IMG/VR virus record: IMGVR_UViG_3300021962_000334
Span: 1-34,909 of that record
Length of the DNA stretch: 34,909 bases
Reading direction: 5' to 3' (one strand)
Origin: a virus
Taxonomy: Duplodnaviria; Caudoviricetes
Made by a program: the position numbers and the translations under genes. Shown here piece by piece: positions 22,290-31,100 of the stretch. Each line of letters begins with the position of its first letter. The first letter of the stretch is position 1. The notes below the pieces were generated by a model. That model ran no database searches and was not told the DNA's origin. It saw nothing but the letters and a program-made list of their open reading frames with translations.

Positions 22290-23470
22290 AGCTGAGAGAC
22301 AAAAGCATTCCGATCGTCGCCGAGCGCGCGCACGCGAAGCTCAGCGCCAGCGGCAGCAAGAAGTGGCTGACCTGCACTCCGAGCGCCAAGCTCGAAGAGC
22401 AGTTCCCGGACGAGCAGAGCAGCTTCGCGGCCGAGGGCACGTTCGCCCACGCCGTGTTCGAGCAGGAGCTGCTGACCCGCCTGGGCCGCCCGGTCGATCC
22501 TTTGCCGCAGGACCTGCTGCACTTCGACAGCGCTGACCTGCGTGACCACGTCGCGGCCGCGGTGGCCGTGGCTATGGAGCGCATCGACGACGCACGCGCC
22601 AGGTGCGAGGACCCGGTGATCCTGGTCGAGCAGCGCGTCGACTTCAGCCGCTGGGTGCCGGAGGGTTTCGGCACCGGCGACTTGGTGATCGTGGCCGACG
22701 ACACGCTGGAGGTGCTTGACCTGAAGTTCGGCAAGGGCGTGCCGGTGCAGGCTCTGGAGAACACGCAGATGCGCCTGTACGGCCTTGGCGCGTGGGACCA
22801 GTTTGCGCACCTGTACGACATCAAGAGCGTGCGCATGACGATCCTGCAGCCGCGGCTGGACAACTACGCATGCGAAGAGATCGGCGCTCAGGAGCTGGTC
22901 GATTGGGCCGACACCTATGTTGCGCCACGCGCAACGCAGGCGTGGGCCGGCGAGGGTGAGTTTGTGCCGGGCGACCACTGCACGAGCGGCTTCTGTCGGG
23001 CCAGGTTCCTCTGCCCTGCCCGCGCGGAGGCGGCGCTCGCCGTGGCTCAGCAGGACTTCGCGCTCAAGGCGCCGGAGCTGCTGACGCGCGAGCAGCTGGT
23101 CGACGTGCTGAGCAAGGCGGACATGGCGATCGACTGGTTGAACGACGTCAAGAGCTACGCCCTGAAGCAGGCCGAGGCCGGCCACGAGCTGCCCGGCTTC
23201 AAGCTCGTCGAGGGTCGCAGCAATCGCAAGTACGCCGACGCCGACGCCGTGGCGCAGAAGCTGCTGGATGCCGGCGTGCCCGAGGCGCTGATCTACGAGA
23301 GGTCCCTGCTTGGGATCACCGCGATGGAGAAGGCCATCGGCAAGAAGAAATTCGCCGAGCTGCTGAACGACCTGGTCGTGAAGCCTGCCGGCAAACCGAC
23401 CCTGGTGCCTGTCAACGACAAGCGCCAGGCCTTAAGCTCTGTGGCCTCCGCGGCTACAGATTTTTCGTGA
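22286..23470 (+). CDS. DUF2800 Cas4-like PD-(D/E)xK exonuclease (394 aa)
   Basis: HAKLSASG..WLTC, AAEGTFAH, VEQRVD, FGTGD, DLKFGKG, Q(M)RLYGLG and a C-terminal C..FC.....C cluster. Confidence 0.9.
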   Translation: MKLRDKSIPIVAERAHAKLSASGSKKWLTCTPSAKLEEQFPDEQSSFAAEGTFAHAVFEQELLTRLGRPVDPLPQDLLHFDSADLRDHVAAAVAVAMERIDDARARCEDPVILVEQRVDFSRWVPEGFGTGDLVIVADDTLEVLDLKFGKGVPVQALENTQMRLYGLGAWDQFAHLYDIKSVRMTILQPRLDNYACEEIGAQELVDWADTYVAPRATQAWAGEGEFVPGDHCTSGFCRARFLCPARAEAALAVAQQDFALKAPELLTREQLVDVLSKADMAIDWLNDVKSYALKQAEAGHELPGFKLVEGRSNRKYADADAVAQKLLDAGVPEALIYERSLLGITAMEKAIGKKKFAELLNDLVVKPAGKPTLVPVNDKRQALSSVASAATDFS

Positions 23471-23494
23471 AACAGCGCAACAGGGAGACCCCAC

Positions 23495-24025
23495 ATGAGC
23501 GCAACCAAGGTGGTGACCGGCAAGGTCCGGTTCTCGTATCTCAACGTGTTCCAGCCGCGCGCCGCGCAGCCCGGACAAGAGCCGAAGTACAGCGTGTGCT
23601 TGCTCATCCGCAAGGATGACGAGGCGACGCTGAAGAAGGTCAAGGCAGGCATCCAGGCCGCGGCCGAAGCCGGCAAGGCGCAGTGGGGCGGCAAGGTCCC
23701 TGCGGGCCTGAAGCTGCCGCTGCGCGACGGCGACGCCGAGCGGGACTCGGCCGAGTACAAGGGCCATTGGTTCATCAACTGCAACTCGAAGCAGAAGCCC
23801 GGCGTGGTGGACTCGGCGCTGAATCCGATCCTCGACGCCAGCGAGATCGTGTCCGGCGACTACGGCCGGGCGTCGATCAACTTCTTCCCCTACGCCAACA
23901 GCGGCAACCGAGGCGTCGGCGCGGGTCTGCAGAACCTGCAGAAGCTCGCCGACGGTGAGCCGCTGTCGGGCCGCTCGCGCGCCGAGGACGACTTCACCGA
24001 GGCCAGCGAGGACTTTTTGAACTGA
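23495..24025 (+). CDS. DUF2815 single-stranded DNA-binding protein (T7 gp2.5-like fold) (176 aa)
   Basis: VRFSYLNVF, KYSV, PLRDGD, GNRGVGAGLQNLQK..DGEPL, and an acidic tail with a terminal aromatic (EDDFTEASEDFLN). Confidence 0.92.
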   Translation: MSATKVVTGKVRFSYLNVFQPRAAQPGQEPKYSVCLLIRKDDEATLKKVKAGIQAAAEAGKAQWGGKVPAGLKLPLRDGDAERDSAEYKGHWFINCNSKQKPGVVDSALNPILDASEIVSGDYGRASINFFPYANSGNRGVGAGLQNLQKLADGEPLSGRSRAEDDFTEASEDFLN

Positions 24026-24078
24026 TCGAAAGGGGCCGAAAGCGGAAGCAAGTAGGCCTCACCTGAAAGGAGAAAAAG

Positions 24079-24480
24079 ATGCAGATCAAATCTACATCCA
24101 TCAGCCGGCGCCAGCTGTCACACGTCGAGCGCTACAAGCTGTGCCGCTACATCGAGCAGCACGCGGAGAATCAAAAGCACCTGACCGACACCCAGGTGGC
24201 AAGCACCGCTGCGCTGGAGCTGGGTTTCGCCGTGACTTCCAACAACGTGTCGGCCGCGCGCAAGACGACAGGCGTCACCGTGACGGTGCGCCGCCGCAGC
24301 GTCTCGCCCAATGAGTCAAAAGACCGCGTGCGCCTTTTGGCGCGTGAGCTGCGGGCCCTGATGACCGACTTAGACATACCCCCGAGCAAGACGCTGGAAG
24401 ATCTCTGCATCGGCAGGGCGGTTCAGGCTCCGCGCCTGACGCCGGTCGAGGACATCCAATTCAATTTGAAGGCCAACTGA
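24079..24480 (+). CDS. Hypothetical protein (133 aa), possible DNA-binding protein
   Basis: AAGGAG SD and ORF track. Confidence 0.75.
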   Translation: MQIKSTSISRRQLSHVERYKLCRYIEQHAENQKHLTDTQVASTAALELGFAVTSNNVSAARKTTGVTVTVRRRSVSPNESKDRVRLLARELRALMTDLDIPPSKTLEDLCIGRAVQAPRLTPVEDIQFNLKAN

Positions 24481-24689
24481 TGACCCAGCCCACCATCCTC
24501 AACATGCAGATGACGCCGGCCGGCGTCGAGCTGACCATTGCGGCGCTGCGCAAGCTGCCGCACGAGCAGGTCAACGACTTGGTGCAGGAGCTGTGGCAGC
24601 AGTACAAGGCGCAGATGCAGGCGCTGGCCGAGGCTACGTTGGCTGCGCCTGAGCCGGAGACCGACACCGACGGCGGCAGCGCCGACTAA
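24480..24689 (+). CDS. Hypothetical protein (69 aa)
   Basis: TGATG coupling and the AALRKLPHEQV..LVQEL helical motif. Confidence 0.7.
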   Translation: MTQPTILNMQMTPAGVELTIAALRKLPHEQVNDLVQELWQQYKAQMQALAEATLAAPEPETDTDGGSAD

Positions 24690-24971
24690 GTGGTGGTCAA
24701 TCGGGAGACGCTTGCCGAGCTGTACGGCGACGACCTGCTGTTCCTCGACCCTGCTGAGGACTTCGATCGCTGCATCTTGGGCGTGGTGCATCGCTGCGGC
24801 TTTGAGCCGGTGGTGTGCTACGACCAGGAAGCAGTGATCGACGCTCTGATGCTGGGCGGCATGGACCGCGAGGAGGCCGAGGAGTGGTTCAGCTTCAACA
24901 CCGTTGGCGCCTACGTGGGTCCGAAGACGCCGATGTTCCTGGACCGACATGCCGACCCGACCGAAACCTGA
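24690..24971 (+). CDS. Conserved hypothetical phage protein (93 aa)
   Basis: FD.CILG..VVCYD..EEAEEWFSFNTVGAYVG..TPMF motif. Confidence 0.75.
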   Translation: MVVNRETLAELYGDDLLFLDPAEDFDRCILGVVHRCGFEPVVCYDQEAVIDALMLGGMDREEAEEWFSFNTVGAYVGPKTPMFLDRHADPTET

Positions 24972-25272
24972 CGGAGATTTCGTGGCTGAGCAGGCAGCGC
25001 GGATGCACGCGCTCCTGCGCCAGCGCGCGGCGCTACCCAGGGAGGACCTGGAGTACCTGGTCGAGCGCGTGGCCAAGCTCAAAGACGATCGGCTGCAGCA
25101 GTGCATCGCCGAGCTGATCGGCTGGGGAGACGACGAGCGCGCGGAGATTGAGACGTTCGTGGCGATCGCGATCGAGGTGATGAGGACCACCACGGTGACG
25201 AAGCTGCGTTCTGCGGCGCGGACCGTCGAGCTGCGCTACCTGCTGCGTGACAAAGAAAAGAACGAAAAGTGA
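24949..25272 (+). CDS. Hypothetical protein (about 107 aa)
   Basis: 3' part of track ORF 24904..25272, with a GTGA overlap into the next gene. The start is uncertain. Confidence 0.65.
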   Translation: MPTRPKPDGDFVAEQAARMHALLRQRAALPREDLEYLVERVAKLKDDRLQQCIAELIGWGDDERAEIETFVAIAIEVMRTTTVTKLRSAARTVELRYLLRDKEKNEK

Positions 25273-25598
25273 TCAACGCATACAGCTTCACCCGAATGCT
25301 CGAACTGCTGATGCAGGGCGAGGTGACGAAGACAGAGATCATCGAGCAGACCGGCTTGCACCACGCCACGGTCGGGGCATATGTCCGGCATATGCACCGC
25401 CGGCGCCTGCTGCGCGTGGCCGAGTGGCGCCGCGATCGACGTGGCTACACCTGGGTTCCTCACTACACGCTCAACCCGGACGGCATCAACGACGCGCCGC
25501 GGCCGCAGCCGACCCCTGGGTCAGAGCGCAGCGCCGCCTATCGCGCCAGGCGTAAGGCGATCCGGCTCAATCAGATGCTGGCCGGGAGAGCGGCTTGA
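25269..25598 (+). CDS. Winged-helix DNA-binding protein (109 aa)
   Basis: TKTEIIEQTGLHHATVGAYVRHM HTH plus a wing and a basic C-terminus. Confidence 0.75.
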   Translation: MINAYSFTRMLELLMQGEVTKTEIIEQTGLHHATVGAYVRHMHRRRLLRVAEWRRDRRGYTWVPHYTLNPDGINDAPRPQPTPGSERSAAYRARRKAIRLNQMLAGRAA

Positions 25599-27610
25599 CC
25601 ACGCTGCGCATCGACCTGGAAACCTACAGCAGCGTCGACCTCAAGAAGTGTGGCGTCGCGCGCTACGTCGAGAGCCCGGACTTCGAGATCCTGCTGCTCG
25701 GCTACGCATTCGATGACGAACCCGTCCAGGTCGTCGATCTGGCGCGTGGCGAGCAGCTGCCGGGGCGCGTGGCCGACGCGCTGTGCGACCATGCGGTGAT
25801 TAAGGCCGCATACAATGCGGCGTTTGAGATCGCCTGCATTGCTCGGCACTACAACATTTTTGTCGACGTCACGCAGTGGCGCTGCACCAGCGTCCACGCG
25901 CTCTATCTCGGGCTGCCGGGCAACCTGGGTGAGGTGGGCAAGGTGGTCGGCCTTGATGAGGACCAGCAGAAGCTGGGCTCAGGCTGGTCGCTGATCCGGT
26001 ACTTCTGCATCCCGTGCAAGCCGACGAAGACCAACGGCGGCCGCACGCGCAACCTGCCCAAGCATGACCCGGCGAAGTGGGAGCTCTTCGTCGAGTACTG
26101 CAAGCGCGACGTGGAGACCGAGCGCGAGATCGCGCGCCGGCTGGCGAAGTTCCCGGTGCCCGGCACCGAGTGGGAGCTTTGGCACCTGGACCAGCGGATG
26201 AACAACGCTGGCATGAAGATTCACCGGCAGCTGGTCGACAACGCGATCGTGTGCGACGCGCAAGTGCGCGAGCGACTGGTGGCCGAGGCGATGGAGCTCA
26301 CCGGCTTGGACAACCCAAACAGCCGCGACCAGCTGCTGGCCTGGCTGCAGGAAGAGACTGACGACGAGATCGCTGACCTGACGAAGAAGACCGTGCCGGC
26401 GCTGCTGAAGGCGACCGACAGCGCCGTCGTCAGGCGAGCGCTGGAGATCCGGCAGGAGCTGGCTAAGACCAGCGTGAGCAAGTACCAGGCGATGGCCCGC
26501 ACGGCCTGCGCAGACGACCGCATCCGCGGCCTCACGCAGTTCTACGGCGCGAACCGCACCGGCCGCTGGGCGGGGCGCTTGGTGCAAGTTCAGAACCTGC
26601 CGCAGAACAAGCTCAAGGACATCGACCTCGCGCGCAACCTGCTGATTGAGGGCCGCTTCGACGAGCTGGAGCTGCTGTTCGGCAACGTGCCAGACACGCT
26701 GAGCCAGCTCATCCGCACGGCGTTCATCGCCGAGGACGGGCACCGCTTCATCGTGGTTGACTTCAGCGCGATCGAGGCGCGCGTGATCGCGTGGCTGGCG
26801 TGGTGCGAGTGGCGGCTCGACGTGTTCAAGACGCACGGCAAGATCTACGAGGCCAGCGCGGAGCAGATGTTCAAGCTGCCGCCCGGGTCCGTCACCAAGA
26901 AGTCGCCGTACCGGCAGAAGGGCAAGATCGCTGAGCTGGCGCTGGGCTACCAGGGCGGGGCCGGCGCGCTGATCACGATGGGCGCGCTGGACATGGGCAT
27001 CGCGCACGAGGAGCTCGACCCGATCAAGACCGCCTGGCGCGAGGCGAACCCGGAGGTGGTCGCCTTCTGGTACGCCTGCGAGCGCGCGGCCAAGGCAGCG
27101 CTGACGACGAAGGGCAGCATCACGCTGCCGATCGCCGGCGGCCGAGCGAAGCTGGTGTTCAGCTACGAGAGCGGGTTCTTGTTCATCAGCTTGCCCTCGG
27201 GCCGGCGCCTCGCCTACGTGAAGCCGCGCGTTGAGCCGCAAGACCTCGTGCGCGAGGCGGCTGATGGCAGCAGCTACGTGGTGGCCAGCGCGGGCAGCGT
27301 GACCTACGAGGGTCAGGACCAGCGCACCAAGCGATGGACCAGGCTGCCGACCTACGGCGGCAAGCTGGTGGAGAACATCACCCAAGCGATCGCCAGGGAC
27401 TGCTTGCGCGAGGCGATGCTGGCGATCGACGACGCCGGCTACCGGCAGCTGACTACGGTCCACGACGAGATCGTGATCGAGGCGCCGGACGATGCCGGGG
27501 CGCTGGCCGAGGTCGAGGCGATCATGGCCAGGCCGGTCGTCTGGGCGCCGGATCTGCCGCTGCGCGGCGACGGGTTCGAGACGCGCTACTACATGAAGGA
27601 GATTGACTGA
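25595..27610 (+). CDS. Family A DNA polymerase, SPO2/APSE-like (671 aa)
   Basis: Exo I IDLETYS, Exo II AYNAAFE, Exo III YCKRDV, RTGRWAG, motif A DFSAIEARV, motif B RQKGKIAELALGY and motif C VHDEI. TTG start overlapping the upstream stop. Confidence 0.95.
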   Translation: MTTLRIDLETYSSVDLKKCGVARYVESPDFEILLLGYAFDDEPVQVVDLARGEQLPGRVADALCDHAVIKAAYNAAFEIACIARHYNIFVDVTQWRCTSVHALYLGLPGNLGEVGKVVGLDEDQQKLGSGWSLIRYFCIPCKPTKTNGGRTRNLPKHDPAKWELFVEYCKRDVETEREIARRLAKFPVPGTEWELWHLDQRMNNAGMKIHRQLVDNAIVCDAQVRERLVAEAMELTGLDNPNSRDQLLAWLQEETDDEIADLTKKTVPALLKATDSAVVRRALEIRQELAKTSVSKYQAMARTACADDRIRGLTQFYGANRTGRWAGRLVQVQNLPQNKLKDIDLARNLLIEGRFDELELLFGNVPDTLSQLIRTAFIAEDGHRFIVVDFSAIEARVIAWLAWCEWRLDVFKTHGKIYEASAEQMFKLPPGSVTKKSPYRQKGKIAELALGYQGGAGALITMGALDMGIAHEELDPIKTAWREANPEVVAFWYACERAAKAALTTKGSITLPIAGGRAKLVFSYESGFLFISLPSGRRLAYVKPRVEPQDLVREAADGSSYVVASAGSVTYEGQDQRTKRWTRLPTYGGKLVENITQAIARDCLREAMLAIDDAGYRQLTTVHDEIVIEAPDDAGALAEVEAIMARPVVWAPDLPLRGDGFETRYYMKEID

Positions 27611-27888
27611 TGAGCATCGTCGGGTTGACGGGCGACCAGATCAAGGCGCAGCTGCAGGCGCAGGCCGGGTCAGCGAAGACCGGCGCGAACGCCGTGCAGC
27701 ACGGCGGCACGCACTACAAGCAGCTCAAGTTCGAGACCTGGGACGTGATCCTGGACTGGGGGCTGGGCTATCTGGACGGCAACGCCGTGAAGTACCTGAG
27801 CCGCTGGCGCCACAAGGGCGGCGTCGAGGATCTGCGCAAAGCGCGCCACTACATCGACAAGCTGATCGAAGAGGAGACCCGCAAGTGA
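27610..27888 (+). CDS. DUF3310 (SaV / T7 gp1.7-like) protein (92 aa)
   Basis: QHGGTHY..GNAVKYLSRW..KGGVEDLRKARHYI motif. Confidence 0.88.
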   Translation: MSIVGLTGDQIKAQLQAQAGSAKTGANAVQHGGTHYKQLKFETWDVILDWGLGYLDGNAVKYLSRWRHKGGVEDLRKARHYIDKLIEEETRK

Positions 27889-28085
27889 ACAGCCCGCTGA
27901 AGACGCTGGGACCCGAGGACCTAGCGCCGCTGCTGCGGCGCTCGGCCGAGACCATCAAGGTGGACTGCCGGCGCAGGCCGGAAAGCCTGCCGCCCAGGCT
28001 GAAGATCCCGGGCTCGAACCGGCTGATGTGGCTGGAGGAGGACGTGGTGAAGTGGCTGCGCGAGTGCAGCGAGGCCAGCCGCTGA
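27885..28085 (+). CDS. Excisionase/AlpA-like HTH protein (66 aa)
   Basis: GAGGAG SD and GTG start. LGPEDLAPLLRRSAETIK..LPPRLKIPG..LMWLEEDVVKWL pattern. Confidence 0.75.
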   Translation: MNSPLKTLGPEDLAPLLRRSAETIKVDCRRRPESLPPRLKIPGSNRLMWLEEDVVKWLRECSEASR

Positions 28086-28130
28086 GCGGCCGGCCTGTGA
28101 CCGTCAGTCGAGCCGCGCGGCACGCCGCGG

Positions 28131-31100
28131 TCACCGAGCGGCCTGCTCCTCCACCTGCCGCACGCGGTCGTTGAACCGCTTCATGCGCGTCGCAATCCGC
28201 TGCTCCTGGATCTGGATCGTCTCCTTCGAGGCGCCGCGCTCAAGCAGCTCACGGCGCCGCTTGCGCAGATCTTGCACGTCCCGCTCGGTCTGGTTGGCTA
28301 GGTCAACCAAGCGCGCCTCGGGGTTGGCCCTGCGGTACTCATCGATGCCGCCCTCGCGGTTCTTCCGCCTGCCCTTGATCTCAGCCTCGTGCTCGTTGAT
28401 GCGCTTGAGGTTCTCGTAGAAGCGGTTGCTCTCGGCGGCCGGTGACTTGGTGTCGCCGTAGAACCGGCCCAGCAGCGGCACCTTGTAGGGTGGCAGCTCT
28501 TCGCCGGTCACCTGGCTGGTGATGGTCTGCTCGATCTTCAGCGCCTCGCGGCCCACGCCCCCGGTGGCCTGACCGATCAGGTAGTCAAGCTGGTCCGGCG
28601 TCGGGCTGATCACGCCCTGCTTGTACTTCGTGCCACCGCTGGCCAGGTTCAGGTAGTAGGAGAGCTGCTTGGAGAACCAGCTGGCCGTCTCCTTGGCGCG
28701 CGTGTAGCCGGGAGTAGGTTGAAGATCGCTGCGGTCTTTCTTGGCGATCGGCCTGCCGGTCCAATCCCGGTTTTCTGCAAGCGCCACCAGCGGGTCGGCA
28801 ATGGTCGGGGCAATTGTTTGGACCGACCAGCCGGCGTTGCCGATGGGGTTGAAGGCTTCAAGAAACGCGCCGGTGATCTGCAGGAGACGCTTGGTCGGCT
28901 TCTTCCACCCCGACAGCGCAAACTCGGTGAGCACGCGGCTGGTGTTGGGGATCACATGGAAGCCCAGCGGCATCGGAATGTTGATGTACTTTCCGTTGCC
29001 GGTGGGGATGATCAAGTTGCGCTCGCGCACGAACTCCGGCGGCTCGTCCTCATCAAACCCTGCGGCCGCCAGCAGCAGCGCCTGCGCGGAGCCCAGCAGC
29101 AGGCCGCCGGCGATGATCTTCTTGCCGGCCGGCCCGCGCAGCGTCTCCACCAAGCGCGTGGTGCCCTGCACGCCGGCGTTGAAGAACGCATACAGCGCGC
29201 CCATCTGCGTGGCCACCTGGCCCTTGCGGTTGAAGTTGACGGTCAGGTTCTTGGCGATCGACGCGGCCTGCTGCTTTGAGAGCCCCTTGTTCAGCGCGGC
29301 CTTGTAGGCGGACAGGCGGACGGCGTTTTCCATCGTCTCGTTGTAGTCCGACAGCCAGCCGAAGACCGCGTTGTTGGGGTCGACGAGGCGGCGCACGTCG
29401 TAGCCCTTGCGGCCCATCCGGTTGATCTCGTCCTGCAGCTTCTTGGACCGATCGTCGCTGCGGGCAAACATGTCGCGGAACCCGGTCTGCCCACCCTCGC
29501 GCTGGAACTCCTCCCACAAGGTGGCCCAGGTGCCGGTCGCCGGACCCTTGCCGGCGCGGCGTGAGCGCAGGTCCGAGTAGATGCCGCGCAGAGCGGGCAT
29601 CACGCCGGCCATGACTTCGGCCTTGCGATCGGCGATCTGCGTGGTGGTCAGGTTCAGCACCGCGCCCTGCACGTCGCGCCCGAAGTTGATCACGCCGAAT
29701 ATCGGATTGAACTGCGTGTTCACGCTGGCGAACCACCGGGTGACCATCGCGGTCATGCTCATCACCCGGCCAAGCTGGTCGGCGTCCAGGTTCTTGAGCG
29801 CCTCGGCCATGCGCTGCGAGCGATCGTTGTTCGGGTTGAAGAACACGTACCGCTCGCGGCCGTCGATGCGCACGGCCAGCACGTTGTCGCTCGTGCGCAA
29901 CAGCGGGTTCACGCGCTGCACCACCAGGCCCGTGCGCGGGTCGATGGTCTGCTGCACCGGCTCCCGGATGATGTTCTGCGCGTCGATCGGGTTGATGCCC
30001 ATGCGGATCAGGTCAGCGATCGCCGTGTTCGGGTCCCTCTGACCCTCCGGGTCGACGGCCAGCCAGAAGTCGGTGTTGGGGTTCTGCACCGCCATGCCGT
30101 AGATGGCCTGGGCGACGCGGGCCTTCTCGGCGCGCACGATCGTGCGCTCGCGCTGCATGGCCAGGTTCGCGAGGATGTCCACCACCGGGCGGCTGGAGCC
30201 CGTGGCACGGCGGCTGGCCGGCCCACGCACGCTGTAGCCTTGACCCGTACCCGCCCCGCCGCCAGCGGCGAAGTCGGTGTCTTCACGGAACAGAGGCACG
30301 TAGCTGCCGTAGGTTCGCTCCCAGGCGTCGATCGTGTCCTGCGTCTCCAGGCCGCTGGCCACCAGCAGCTGGCGCGTGCCGGCGCTGATCGCGTCCACGC
30401 GCTGGGCCAGCGCGTCGTAGGCCCGGCGCTTGGCGGGGTCGAGCCCGGCCAAATAGGTGCGCGCGTCCGCGGTGTCGATCCCCGAGCCGCCGTCGGGCAT
30501 GTTCGGGTTGACGCGGGCGATCTGGTCGTTGCGCTCTTCGGCGTGGCGGTTGTGCAGGAACTCCTCGAACTCGTCCATCGTGACGCCGCGGGCCTGCATG
30601 TCCTGTAGCAGCGGACGCAGCTCGCTGGTCAGGAAGTCTGCGGTCTGCTTGGCGGTGCGACCGTGGTACAGCTCCTCTTGCAGGTAGGCGTTCCACTTGT
30701 CGTCGATGCTGCCGGCGGCCTGGCGGATCGCCTCCACCACGCGCTTGGTGTCGATCTGCTTGTCCTGCATCTTGTACAGGAAGTCGTCCATCTTCGAGTC
30801 CGGCGCCATCGTCCAGCTGGCCAACGGCGCGGGCTGGTTGAAGATGTTGCGGCGACGGCTGAACATCGGCAGCCCCTCGCCCACCTTCTCGCGCATCGCG
30901 TCGGTGATGGTCAGGCCGGGTTGCACAAGGGCGTATTTGTCCAGATTCGTTTTGACATGCGCCACGGCATCTTCGTACCTACGAAAACGCTCTCCATCCG
31001 GCGTTACCGAATCCATGCCGTCGAACGTAATCCCGTAGTCAATGTTGTCGTCTGACGGCCTTGCTTTTTTGCCAAGGGGTTGAATCTCGACCACCCCCAT

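Noticed and set aside
22286-23470. Cas4-like nuclease as a sign of a CRISPR-Cas system
   Set aside because: It is the DUF2800 phage replication/recombination nuclease next to SSB and PolA. No repeat-spacer array or other cas genes were seen.
563-27463. Long opposite-strand or alternate-frame ORFs (e.g. 563..1528+, 5995..7074+, 7378..8934+, 17086..18651+, 22265..23185-, 25979..27463-)
   Set aside because: They shadow well-supported genes. Such shadows are expected from high GC3 codon bias, and they show no recognisable motifs or RBS.
28086-28130. Terminator or attP site between the convergent Xis-like and giant genes
   Set aside because: Only a short GC stem with no U-tract on either strand. 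No AT-rich core or arm repeats are recognisable.
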